Assembly (NCBI GenBank): GCA_009914755.4 | Contig: CP068257.2 | Span: 44,128,001 to 44,192,000, forward strand | Reading direction: 5' to 3' | DNA length: 64,000 bases | From: the human T2T-CHM13v2.0 reference genome, Homo sapiens | Part shown: positions 48,901 to 64,000 of the stretch, one piece after another | How positions within the stretch are numbered: position 1 is the stretch's first letter | Layout of the letters: each line of letters starts with the position of its first letter | Notes under the pieces: model-generated | Told to the model about the DNA's origin: nothing | What the model saw: the letters and a program-made list of their open reading frames with translations, nothing else | Database searches by the model: none | Position numbers and translations under genes: made by a program

Positions 48901-51900
48901 TACTGTGCTGTATCTCACTTGTGCCCTCGCTGAGACGAAGGACGCCTAGACCTTAGTGCAGGTGCCTTGGGGGCGTCCTGGCACTGAACATCCTTGAGAC
49001 ATCTGTGGTGCTTCTCTTCCTCATCTGTGGTGTTGTGGGCCTCCAGGGGAGGTGGCTGTCTGCCTGGAACAGGAGGCCCAGCCCACAGGTGCCCACTGCC
49101 TGCTGCCGCGCCTCCCTCTCTGCTGCCCGCGTGGCTGTAGTGTTTTTTACCCCATTGCTGTTTCGCTTGGCACCTACACGTTGGTTCCCTCCTGTGCACC
49201 GGGCTTTGTGCTGCAGGCTCTGGCGTGTTCACAGTACTCCTTTGGAGGGATTCTGTTTTTAGAATTAGTGGTACAATATCTTGTCATCTTGGTAACTTAT
49301 TATTAATAAAAATGGTATAAAATGTTTTGCCTCCTAGTGCCCACACCATCCATGTAGATTATATTGATTTACTCCAGCTATTTGAAAGGCTTTGAGGTGG
49401 TGTACAATATCAAACCATGTGAAACAGCACGATTAACTGGCAAAACCGAAAGCCATGGAAATGAGCCGGGGAGCTTACTGAAGATCCTAGTCTTGGGGGA
49501 GATGTTTGGTGAAAATGTGTGCATTTGCTTATGAAAGACTTGTATTTATTCTGCACCCCCCTGACCCTGAGTGTCCCTTGGTCCATTGCCTGGGCTCTGT
49601 TGTCCTTACCAGGACTGCTGCTTCCCCAGTCCCTGCTGTCCTGCTGATGTGTCCACGCACCAGGCATTCGGCTCCTGAAATCACAGTGACTTTCAGGAGT
49701 CACTTGGGTTGCAGTGTTGGCCAGTTTTAGCCACATGAAGATAGTTTCTGAAACCTCCTGTGTGTGAATGACGGTTTTCACCTTGGGCCTGTCCTTCTGC
49801 TGCCACCACAAGCAGGAGGGGTGGGAAGGAAGGATTGCCCCCGAGAGAGGCAGCACAGGAAGGCCAGGCCGTGTTCCTGGGAGTCAGGCTTACCAGCTCA
49901 GAGCTGGGCATGGTTGAAATTCTAACCCTGCCGTGGCAGGCCCTGTGCTTTTGTGAAATGGGCCTCACGGGAGGGTGTCAGTGACGTAGATAAAGGCTTC
50001 CCACTGCCTGGATGCTGTGACCGCCTGATCCCGTGGTGATGGCACAGCCCTGCTGTGGGGAGAGCCGTGCAGCCCCAGGCCGTGTGTGGGAAGGCCTGTG
50101 CCACTCTGGGCATCGTCATCTTGGGCCATGGCTACCACATATGGCGCTTCCTAGCCGGGCACTATGCCACAGCCACACCCCTGTGGCCTGGCCCCCATGG
50201 CAGGGTCTAAGGCTGTTCCCCGGAAGCCTACCTTCTATAGGAAGAGGCATTCTTGTGTGACTCTCTGGTCATTTGCTTGGGGGAGCTGAAAACCCCCCAG
50301 GTGGTGTCTGGGGGGGAAAGTAATTGGAAGATTATGGGTGGGTGTGACTGGTAACAAGCAGGGGTTTGGCACCCCCCTTGCCCACCTGCCCTGTGTGCTG
50401 GGCCGTGCGGAGGTGGCCATGGGCAGCCCTTCCTTCTGGAGCCCCCTGTCTTCCCTTATCCACTGCCTCAAGGTTCCCACCAGCAGAGTGGGGCCACCTG
50501 GGTTGGTGCCAACGAGGTGCTCAGAGGCCTTGTGGGCAGTGTGGCAGAACGGCACATACAGGTGCCTAAAATCGAGCTAGGGGACCTTGAAGATAATGCT
50601 TCCTGTCTGCTTTTGTGTCAACAGTTGGGGCAAGCACATTTTCACAGGGAGGGTGTGACTGGAAGGACCAGCCGTTGCTGCTGGCAGCTCATCCCTGCAC
50701 CTGAGCTTGCAGGCATGCTCCTGTCTTTCTGTGGTGGTAAAGGTGACATCCCCTCCTAGCAGCTGCACACTGGAGTGGTCCTGAGGAAAGCGCGCTCCTG
50801 TCTTTCTGTGGCAGCGAAAGTGGCATTCCCTCCTAGCACCTGCACACTCGGATGGTCCTGAGGAAAGGAGGGCGAGAGCAGAGCTGGGGGGGCGGGCCAT
50901 GAGGGGAAGTCCAGGCCTCTCCACCCAGGAGTCTGTGAGGTTCCCATTGCATGAGAAGATGGAGGAGCCTCCTTGTGCTGCTGTGTCTCAGCATTAGAGA
51001 GGGCGGTCCACACGAATGTCATGTTGGGATGTTTTTTCTTCAGCTTCTGAGTCATTGCTGCCTCCAGGGTTATCACTGGGCAGAGAGCAGGTGTGATGTG
51101 TCTGAGGACCAGCAGCTCTGCACAGAGTGTGGAAGACCCCAGCAAAGCCACCCGGCTGCAGAATCGCAGAATCACCCTCGTGGCAGGCTTGGTGCGGACA
51201 AGTGGCTGTACTCCCGTGCTGGATGGAACGGCGGCCTTTCCGCCCTTTGGCCAAGTGCATGCAGAGACTCGAGCAGGGTGGGAGCTGAGGGCTGCTGCCA
51301 GCTACCCCTCACTGCACAGAAAGGGAAGTGGAGGTGAGGCCAGGAGATGTGTTCTTCCTGGAGTACAGGGCCAAGTCCTCCTTTCTTCTCAGATCCACTG
51401 GCACATAACCGCACCCTGGCTCAATGTGGCCCTGGATGCCTTCAGAACAATATGGCCAATGCAGTCCTCCTACTTTTCTCTGTCCCCTTTTCTTATCTCG
51501 TATTTTTACTCTAGAATTATGCTGGGAAAATAAGGCTTGAAGTTCTCTCATTTGTGTAGCACTTTGCAAATTACAGAGTACTTTTCACAACCTTGAAAGG
51601 TGGGTATTTCATCGTTCTTTTTTAGAATGAGGAGCTGAGTCATGGGGACCAGCCAGGGCCTCTCTAGTGAAGAGTCCTCCACAAAGCAGACCCCAAAGGG
51701 CCAGGGACCCAGGCCGCAGAGTCCCCACACCCCACGGAACATCTCTTTGGGGCCAAGGAGCAGCCTGCATTCAGAATTCCACTTCTGGTCCCCTCACCCA
51801 GAGCACTGAGGCACTGGGCTCTGCCCTCTCCAGATGCCGGCCTCCCTGCCTTGCTCTTGTTCTTTCTCATCAGATGCTCCGAGCTCCTTGTCATTGGCTC

Positions 51901-52042
51901 CTGTATGCAGCACTCACTCTCTGTGGACACTGCACACTCCAGGATTTAGAAAAACCCTTGTGGCTTTTCATGAATTTTATATTTGTGTTGCATTGCCCAT
52001 TTTCCTTTCAAGAAAGTCAGCTTTAAAACAAAACTGATTTCT

Positions 52043-54183
<2,141 letters not shown>

Positions 54184-55201
54184 GTGATTTCTAAGAGCGC
54201 TTTTCATTTGTGACTTTCTGCCTGTATCATTTCACAATTATATAAATATTGGACGACTTATTGTAGTAATTATCTTTCTGCATTTCCATCTCTATCTAGA
54301 ATTTATTTCGATGACTCTATACATCAGGGTTCAGTTAGGAAAACCATTTCCACTCCACGCATTTAAAGAGAGCATGTTGAGTACAGAGAGTTGATTAGAA
54401 AGGTGATGTAGGGCTGAGGAGTACGGGAGATAAAGAGGGGGTGTGCGAGCAAGAGGAGGAAGGGGCTCACTGGGGCTGGAGTTGCTGGTGGTTCTGGGCT
54501 GGGGCCTGTCAGCCTGGGCCGGCTGCTGCGTGGGGAGCACAATTGTGCTCGGCTCTGGATCCACGTGGAGGAGCTGATCTGAGCAGGGCTTGACTCTCCT
54601 AAAAGGAGCTGCCCCGCTTCCCCCCTGCCACTGCCACTACAGCAGCTGCTAAGTGCGGCAGATGCCAGCAGCTGCTATGCTGCGATCCGGGTCGGGGGAA
54701 GGCCCTCTGTCCTGCTGCCTCTTCCCTGCATCATCTCCCATCAGAGACCCTCACAGGAAGCCAACTGATGAGGTTTGGGGGGCAGAATTCTAGGGGGTCC
54801 TAAGGCTTCTGCTCTCTGGTGTACAAGCCTTGCATACACACATCCTCTTGAGAGTGAGTGGGACCTGCTGGTAAGGTGGGACATCACCCCTGTGATTATG
54901 CCATGTTACTTGGCCAAGGGGTTTTGCAGATGGTATCAGGGTTTCTAACTAGTTGACTCTGAAGGATCAAGCACATCAATAATCAGGGTGATGTCACTGG
55001 AAAGCAAATTTTAGCCTAATAGAAAAAAGATTTATTGTGAAGTTTTATGCACAGTATTGAATTTTGTCAAATGCATTTTTCTGCATCTATTGAAATAATA
55101 ATTTACTGCCTTATCATGTTAATATGGTAAATTACATATTGCCAGATTTTGCAATATATAACCAATTTTGCATTCCTGGTGTAAACCCTACTTGGTCGTG
55201 A

Positions 55202-55566
<365 letters not shown>

Positions 55567-57390
55567 AATTTTTGGACTTTTTTCACTAATATTTTGGTAA
55601 TGATTTTTTATAGCTATGGTCATGAGAGACACTTTCATTTTTCTCATCTCTGTGTCAGATTTTAAAACCAGAGTTATGCTTGGTTTACGCACTGACTTTG
55701 GAATTATTCCCTCTTCCCTGTTTTCTGAAAGGGTTTGTGTAAGATTGGTGTTGTTATGTCTCTATGTGTTTGACAGAATTTGCCGGTGCCTTGAGTCTTC
55801 TTGTCGGGAAGGTATTTGACAACAACTTTCATTTTTTAGTTTCTATAGAGATATTCAAATTTCCTTTTACAGTTTGTATCAATTTTGGAAGTTGTAGTTT
55901 TAAAATGGCCCCACTTCATCTAAACTGATACATATGTTGTTGTGAAGTTGGTCATCATAATAATCTCACATTATCATTTTAATATCTACCGGATCAGTAC
56001 TGACAACTTGTCTTTCATATCTTTTGTGATTTTTGTTTTCTTTTTCTCTTGGTCTAGGTGTTTTTCCATTTTTTTGTATTTTTATATTAACCTTCTTTTC
56101 TTTATTTTGTTTACTGTTTGTTCGCTGTGCTTTCATCAGTCTCCATTCCTATTTGTTATTTCCTGCTGCATTTGCTACATGTGGCCACCTTCCAACATCA
56201 CCACAGACTCCATGGCTTACAGCACAAGCTCATCACCTTTCAGTTCTGCTGATGAGAGCCCCGACAGCAGGAGGCCCCACTGGGCTCTCCGCAGCAGTGC
56301 TGCATCCCTTCTGGAGGCTCACGGGGAGGACTCACCTCCTTGCCTCTTCCAGATTCTAGAAGTGCTCCCGTTCATCTGCTCCTGAGTCCTCCTCCACCTG
56401 CTGTGTCAGCCACAGGACCCAGTTTGGAAAGATTCTCCACTTTTAAGAACTCAAGTGATTAGAGTGGCCCCACCTGGATAATCCAGGATAATCTCGCCAT
56501 TGCAAGGCCTGTGACCTTCATCACATCTGCACAGTCCCTTTGCCACAGAAACAGCAAACACATTTAGGACTGTTACATCTTCTTGATAAACTGACCCTTT
56601 TTTATTGTGAAACATTTCCCTTTCTACCTGCTAATATTCATTGTCCTTACACCAGCTTTGTCTGGTATTGAGACATGTTGGCTTGCTAGGATCAGTATTT
56701 GCATGCCATATTTTTTCTCATTGTTTTACTTTTAACTGTCTGTGCCTTTGTATTTAAAGTGTTTCTCTAAAAGTAGCACGTGCTTTGAGTCGTGCTTTTG
56801 TTATCTTGTCTGGCAGTACATTTTTAACTGGAGTGTTAAATCTGTTTACACCTATTGTAATAACTGATTTGGTTGAGTTTATTCTTCCTTCTTCTTATAT
56901 GTTTTTTAATTGTCCCTCTCTTCTTTTATAGCTTTTCCTTTTCCTGCCTTAATATTTATCAGTTATTCCTTAGAATTTCATTTTATTTCCTCTTTATCTT
57001 TTAGCTCTGCTTTGTATTTTTGTTGTTTTAAAAATTTTAATATACAATTTTATCATTGTTCACTCAAACTTATATTACACCTTTTCACATTTACTATGAG
57101 GACCTTACAACAATATACTTCCATTTAACTGCTCCTTTTTGGGGAGGTCGTGTTGCCATATAATTAACTTCTGCACATGCTATCATAAGCCAGAAGGTAT
57201 CTGGTACAGGTCTCAGTCAATTTAGAGGTTTATTTTGCTAAGGTTAAAGACCATGGGCTATGACACAGCCTCGAGAGGTCCTGAGAACATGTGCCCAAAG
57301 TGTGGGTTTTATACTGTTTTCTGTTTTTGACACTCTGTACTCTTTCTCACGGATCTGAGTTTCCATCTGGCATCATTTTCTTCAGTCTGA

Positions 57391-57692
<302 letters not shown>

Positions 57693-58318
57693 TGTGAACA
57701 TTTTTTGTAGTGCAGTTCTGCTAGGTATGAATTCTCTCCATTTTTATTGATTGATAATTTTGATGATGTCTTTATTTTGCCTTCATTTTGAAATTCTCTC
57801 TAAAATTTTAGGTTAGAGGTTTTGGGATTTTTTGCCCATATGTAATATGTCATTCCTTTGCCTCTGGCTTCCACTGTTTTTGATGAGAGGTCATTCCTTA
57901 CCCTGTTCATTCTCTTTGTGCAATGTATTTTTTTCCTATTGCTTTGAAAATTTTCTCTGTCTCTGATTTTCAGCAGTTTGACTAGAATGTGTGTGTATAT
58001 GGTTTTCTTCTCTTCTGTTTTTTTATGGGAGTTTGTTGAGCATCTTTATATGTGTGATTGACACTAGCCATCAAATTTAGAAAATGGTTAGCCATCATAT
58101 TTAACTTTTTCCCATTTCAGTCTTTCTTCTCTTCTGGGACTCCAGTTAAACATATTTTAGACCACTCACTATTGTCACGCAGGTCTCTCAGGTTCTGTTG
58201 TTTTATTTTTAAGCTTTTTTTTATCTATCTGTGCGTAGTTTGAATAGCGTCTGTTGATCTGTAGTTCCCTGGTTGCTTTGTATGCAGTATGTGTTCTGCT
58301 GCTAAGTCCATCCAGTGA

Positions 58319-58770
<452 letters not shown>

Positions 58771-58914
58771 TAATAGCTCCTTTAAAAGTACCTGCCCAAT
58801 AACCCCAATGTGTCTGCCATCTCTTTATTTTTATGGACTAAATTTGTTTTCTGATATTGGACCATGTTTTTCTGCATCTACATATGTGCAGTATTTTTTG
58901 TTTGTATGATGTTC

Positions 58915-59215
58915 GTTGGATAGTCGTGCATCGCTTAATGACAGGGACACATGCTGAGAAATGTGTTGTTAGGCAATTTCCTCCCTGTGTGAACATCATG
59001 GTGTGGACTTACACAAACCTAGCTGGTGCAGCCCACTACACACCTAGGCTGTATGGTACAGCCTATTGGTCTTAGGCTACAAAGCTGTGTAGTGCATGAC
59101 TGTGCTGAATACTGTACGCAGTTGTGACACAGTGGCAATTGTGTGTTTAAACACTTCGAAACATAGAAAAGGTGAAGTAAAAATACAGTATAAAACATAA
59201 AGAATGGCACACCTG
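58915..59215 (+). mobile_element. Tigger/pogo-family MITE fragment (the CAGTCATGCG...CGCATGACTG-terminus family); 3' terminus missing where the GGTGAGT array begins
   Basis: tagtcgtgcatcgcttaatgacagggacacatgctgagaaatgtgttgttaggcaatttcctccctgtgtgaacatcatggtgtggacttacacaaacctagctggtgcagcccactacacacctaggctgtatggtacagcctattggtcttaggctacaaagctgtgtagtgcatgactgtgctgaatactgtacgcagttgtgacacagtggcaattgtgtgtttaaacacttcgaaacatagaaaaggtgaagtaaaaatacagtataaaacat parallels the known MITE consensus (...GTCGTTAAGCGATGCATGACTG / ...CTAGGCTACAAACCTGTACAGCATGTTACTGTACTGAATACTGTAGGCAATTGTAACACAATGG...CTAAACATAGAAAAGGTACAGTAAAAATACGGTATTATAAT...). From memory, not database-verified. Confidence 0.5.
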
Positions 59216-59261
59216 GGTAGGGCATTTATGAATGGAGCTGGCAGGACTGGAGGTTGCTCTG

Positions 59262-60764
59262 GGTGAGTGAGTGGTGGGTGAGTGGTGAGTGAGCTAGTGA
59301 GTGGTGAGTGGTGAGTGAGCTGGTGAGTGGTGAGCTAGTGAGTGGTGAGTGAGTGGTGAATAGTGAGTAGTGAGTGGTGGGTGAGTGGTGAGTGATGAGT
59401 GGTAAGTGGTGAGTGAGTGGTGAGTGGTGACTGAGTGATGAGTGGTGAGTGGTGAGTGGTGAGTGATGAGTGGTGAGTGAGTGATGAGTGGTGAGTGAGT
59501 GGTGAGTGATGAGTGATGAGTGGTGAGTGGTGAGTGATGAGTGGTGAGTGAGTGATGAGTGGTGAGTGGTGAGTGATGAGTGGTGAGTGGTGAGTGAGTG
59601 GTGAGTGGTGAGTGATGAGTGGTGAGTGAGTGGTGAGTGATGAGTGGTGAGTGATGAGTGAGTGGTGAGTGGTGAGTGAGTGGTGAGTGATGAGTGAGTG
59701 GTGAGTGGTGAGTGGTGAGTGATGAGTGGTGAGTGAGTGGTGAGTGGTGAGTGAGTGGTGAGTGGTGAGTGAGTGGTGAGTGATGAGTGAGTGGTGAGTG
59801 ATGAGTGGTGACTGGTGAGTGAGTGGTGAGTGATGAGTGGTGAGTGAGTGGTGAGTGAGTGGTGAGTGATGAGTGAGTGGTGAGTAGTGAGTGATGAGTG
59901 GTGAGTGAGTGGTGAGTGGTGAGTGATGAGTGAGTGGTGAGTGAGTGGTGAGTGGTGAGTGAGTGGTGAGTGATGAGTGAGTGGTGAGTGAGTGATGAGT
60001 GGTGAGTGGTGAGTGGTGAGTGAGTGATGAGTGATGGGTGAGTGGTGAGTGATGAGTGAGTGGTGAGTGAGTGGTGAGTGGTGAGTGAGTGGTGAGTGAT
60101 GAGTGAGTGGTGAGTAGTGAGTGATGAGTGGTGAGTGGTGAGTGAGTGGTGAGTGGTGAGTGGTGAGTGAGTGGTGAGTGATGAGTGAGTGGTGAGTGAG
60201 TGGTGAGTGAGTGGTGAGTAGTGAGTGATGAGTGGTGAGTGGTGAGTGAGTGGTGAGTGGTGAGTGAGTGATGAGTGAGTGGTGAGTGATGAGTGGTGAG
60301 TGGTGAGTGATGAGTGAGTGGTGAGTGAGTGGTGAGTGGTGAGTGAGTGGTGAGTGATGAGTGAGTGGTGAGTGGTGAGTCAGTGGTGAGTGGTGAGTGA
60401 GTGATGAGTGATGGGTGAGTGGTGAGTGATGAGTGAGTGGTGAGTGAGTGGTGAGTGATGAGTGAGTGGTGAGTAGTGAGTGATGAGTGGTGAGTGGTGA
60501 GTGAGTGGTGAGTGGTGAGTGAGTGGTGAGTGGTGAGTGAGTGGTGAGTAGTGAGTGGTGAGTGGTGAGTGAGTGGTGAGTGGTGAGTGAGTGATGAGTG
60601 AGTGGTGAGTGATGAGTGGTGAGTGGTGAGTGAGTGGTGAGTGGTGAGTGAGTGGTGAGTGGTGAGTGAGTGGTGAGTGGTGAGTCAGTGGTGAGTGGTG
60701 AGTGGTGAGTGAGTGGTAAGTGGTGAGTGAGTGGTGAGTGGTGGGTGAGTGAGTGATGAGTGAA
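59262..60764. repeat. ~1.5-kb tandem array built on the heptamer GGTGAGT (variants GATGAGT, GAGTGAGT, GGTGAGC). Plus strand contains essentially no C.
   Basis: gggtgagtgagtggtgggtgagtggtgagtgagctagtgagtggtgagtggtgagtgagctggtgagtgg... continuous to 60764. Generates the spurious 526-aa minus-strand ORF 59226-60806 (..HSPLTHHSPLT..). Confidence 0.95.
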
Positions 60765-61036
60765 TCTGAAGGCCAGGACATTACTGTGCACTGCTGTAGA
60801 CTTCATAAGTACTGTACACTTGGGATATGCTAAATTTATGATATAACAAAATTTATTTCTTCAATAATAAATTAACCTTAGCTTACTCTAACTTTTTTGC
60901 TTTATAAACCTTTAGATTTATTTTTTAACTTTTGACTCTTTTGTAATAACACTTAGCTTAAAACACAAACACATTGTATGCAGCTACGCCAAAATATTTT
61001 CTTTATGTTTTTATAAGAATTTTTCATGTTTAAGAT

Positions 61037-61145
61037 CCCCTTCCCCTTCCCCCTCCCCGTCCCCTGCCCCTCCCCTCCCTCTCCCTCCTCCCCTTCCCCC
61101 TCCCCTCCCCTCCCCTCCCCTCCCCTCCCCTCCCCTCCCCTCCCC
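61037..61145. repeat. (CCCCT)n / C-rich polypyrimidine tract (~110 bp), followed by a short (AC)7 at 61164-61177
   Basis: ccccttccccttccccctccccgtcccctgcccctcccctccctctccctcctccccttccccctcccctcccctcccctcccctcccctcccctcccctcccctt. Confidence 0.9.
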
Positions 61146-62487
61146 TTTTGTTAAAAACTGAGACACACACACACACTTTAGCCTAGGCCTGCACAGGGTC
61201 AGAATCGTGCATGCCACTGTCTTCCACCTCCACGCCTTGTCCCGCTGGAAGGTCCTCAGGGGCAGTAACAGGCGTGGAGCTGTCCTCTGCTGTGATCACA
61301 GTGCCTGCTTCTTGACACCTCCTGAGAGACCTGACTGAGGCTGTTCTATGTTAACTTTTTTTTTTTTTAATAAATAGAAGGAGTACACTAGAATAATGGT
61401 AAAAATATAGTATAGTAAATACACAAACCAGTAACACCATCGTTTATTATCATCGTCAGGTATTACTATTGTAAGTAATTGTACGAGTTACGCTCTGATG
61501 TGACTGGCAGGGCAGCAGGTGAGTTTACACCAGTATCACCACAGGCGTGGGGGGAGCCAGCTGCACTCCTTCCTAAGGAGGCCACAGCGTTGCAGGGTGA
61601 TGGGACTTTTCAGCTCCATTCTAATTTTAAGGGACGGCTGTGGTATATGGCACGTCTGTTGTTGCCTGAAATGCCGTTGTGTGGCACGTGACTATATATG
61701 CTACGCTGTTAAGAATTTGGGGTGTTGTGTTTGTTGTTTTTGGTTTTTATTTCTGCAGGCATCTAATTTACCGAAACTTCATGTCATGGCTCGGTCGAAC
61801 TTTGTCAAGGAAAGTCTTCACTATCCCTTCCTCTAGAACTTAACGTTGTCCTCCTCCTAAGGTGTAGCCTTTCATGGGTCTCAAGTGAACACCCTGGATG
61901 CTGAGTGAGGGGCCTCCACTGTGGCTGTGAGCAGTCCCCGCCTCGTGGTACCACATGACATTTAGCGTGTCTGTTCACCTCATACTCCCCAGTAGTTCTG
62001 TCTCTCTCTGCCATTCCTCATGGAGTCCTTGCGTGCACAGCATAGTATTTGGCCAACATCTTCCTGCAGTTTGGGGGCCCCGTCTCCTCTTAGCTCTTGC
62101 CTCTGCTGTCCCCATCTCCCATATTCCAGCTGCTGCCGCAGCCCCCATGCTTGCCTTTTGTCCTCAGCCCCCCAGCGAGGCAGCAGCTTGTGTGTGTGCT
62201 GCACTGCCGTGAGCAGCAACTTGACAGTGGACGCAGCTAGAAAGCAGCCGGCGAGGAGCTCAGCGTGTGTCTCCGCCGGGTGAAAGATCACAGTCCTGCA
62301 CCCTGCTGTGCAATGCTCGAACACACTTGCTTCTTATTTCTGTCCAATTCTTAAGGTTTTTACTGTGGGATCATAAGTCCTTACTCCTTCATGGTTGGAA
62401 TCAAAATCTAAAACCTTGTGGTTTCCATTTTCAGTTGATGATATCCTTATGAACTCAGGATTTATTTCACTTTTGAAAAGTTAATAG

Positions 62488-62932
<445 letters not shown>

Positions 62933-63039
62933 CTGGTTCATTGTTATTCACGGATGGTCATAGTTTGCATTGGGGCTCACTGTGTTGAACACAGGTTTTG
63001 ACAAGTGTCCAGTGACACGTGTCCCTGTCATTACTGTGT

Positions 63040-63920
63040 CATACAGAAGAGCTCCACTGCCCCCATGCGCTTCACGTACTCACTCCTCCCGTCCCTGAAG
63101 CCCCTGGCAACCACTCATGTTTTTATTGTCACTATAGTTTTGCCATTTGCAGAATGTTTTGTAAGAAACTGCCACAGTTTTGTAAGAAACTGCCAAACTA
63201 CCTTCCCAAGTGGTTGCATCACTTTGCAAACTAAAAACTCTCTAACCGTGAGATCTATTAGTCATGCTCCTTGGTATTTACTCAAAGGATTTGAAAACTT
63301 CAGCCTACACAACAACCTGCACACAGATGTTTATAGCAGCTTTGTTTATCATTGCCAACACTTGGAAGCAACCAAGACATCCTTTAGTAGGCAAATGAAT
63401 ACACCAGTGGTGCATCCAGACAGTGGAATATGATTCAGCACTACAAAGAAATGAGCTGTCAAACCATGAAGTGATGCGGAGGAACCTTGAATGCGTGTTA
63501 CTTAGTGAAAGAGGCCAGCCTGAAAAGGCTGCATGCTATACGATTCCAACTATATGACATTCTGGAAAAGACAAAACTATAAAAATAGTATAAAGATCAG
63601 TGGTTGCCAAGAGTTGGGTGGAGAGATGGATGTGTAGGTGGATCACAGAGTACTTTTACTACAGGGAAAATACTCCGGGTGATGCTGTAATGGTGGATGC
63701 GTGTCATTACACATTTGCCCAAACCACAGAGTACAGCACCGAGCGTGAGCCCTGCTGTGAACTCTGGACCTGGGGGGTGGTGATGTGCCCACATGGGTTT
63801 GGTTGTGACTCATGTACTGCTCTGGTGGCGGGCTGTGGGGGATGGGCCGTGGGGGATGGGGGTATATAGGAAATCTCTGTGTTTTGTGCTCAGTTTGCTG
63901 CTCTAAAAAATAAAACCTAA
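63040..63920. mobile_element. Two adjacent ancient L1M 3'-end pieces in opposite orientation (antisense 3'UTR-like piece ~63040-63260, sense ORF2-C-terminus/3'UTR ~63260-63920); approximate
   Basis: Sense piece: ..gatgtttatagcagctttgtttatcattgccaacacttggaagcaaccaagacatcctttagtaggcaaatgaatacaccagtggtgcatccagacagtggaatatgattcagcactacaaagaaatgagctgtcaaaccatgaag...gtgaaagaggccagcctgaaaaggctgcatgctatacgattccaactatatgacattctggaaaagacaaaactataaaaatagtataaagatcagtggttgccaagagttggg matches the L1M ORF2 C-terminus (..GTGGTTGCCAGGGGCTGGGG). Antisense piece: cccctggcaaccactcatgttttt. Confidence 0.45.
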
Positions 63921-64000
63921 ACAAAGCAGTCGGAGTCCCTGAAGACTGTCCTGTGACAGAGCAGGAAGGGCTCCCTTAGCTCTGAGGGAAAGCGCTGGTT

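Noticed and set aside
59226-60806. 526-aa minus-strand ORF (..THHSPLTHHSLT..) and 133-aa overlapping ORF
   Set aside because: Generated by the GGTGAGT heptamer array (antisense ACTCACC has no stops). Purely repetitive.
61480-62330. Several 85-114-aa ORFs on both strands in unique sequence
   Set aside because: No coding signature or family resemblance. Mutually overlapping on opposite strands. Most likely non-coding.

Overview
This window is hominoid (human-type) nuclear genomic DNA, not a prokaryotic locus. It contains at least 16 Alu SINEs, most with poly-A tails and several with visible target-site duplications. It also contains a complete SVA retrotransposon, which is a hominoid-specific element, bounded by an 11-bp TSD. 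L1 LINEs of several ages are present: a near full-length older primate L1 nested inside an ancient L1M, a young 5'-truncated L1PA 3' half with TSD, and many ancient L1M fragments. Other interspersed repeats are a MaLR LTR, a MIR, a MADE1 palindrome and two Tigger-family MITEs. Consequently the six-frame ORF track is essentially uninformative. The long ORFs are artefacts of stop-codon-poor tandem repeats, GC-rich low-complexity DNA, or decayed L1 ORF1/ORF2 remnants. I could not support any host protein-coding exon, tRNA or rRNA from the sequence alone. Bacterial-type features (operons, RBS, CRISPR) do not apply. The most distinctive content is three large tandem arrays. The first is a ~5.1-kb minisatellite (39030-44166) with two sub-domains built on 41-bp and 45-bp units. 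The second is a ~1.5-kb C-free array of the heptamer GGTGAGT (59262-60764), which is the consensus U1 5' splice-donor motif. The third is the SVA VNTR. There is also a (CCCCT)n tract, a (TG)n microsatellite, CpG-dense non-repeat islands at ~4950-5800 and ~11950-12110, and several low-copy local duplications, both direct and inverted. The locus cannot be named without a database search. The high GC content plus the density of VNTR-type arrays is reminiscent of a subtelomeric or minisatellite-rich gene-dense region, but that is inference.
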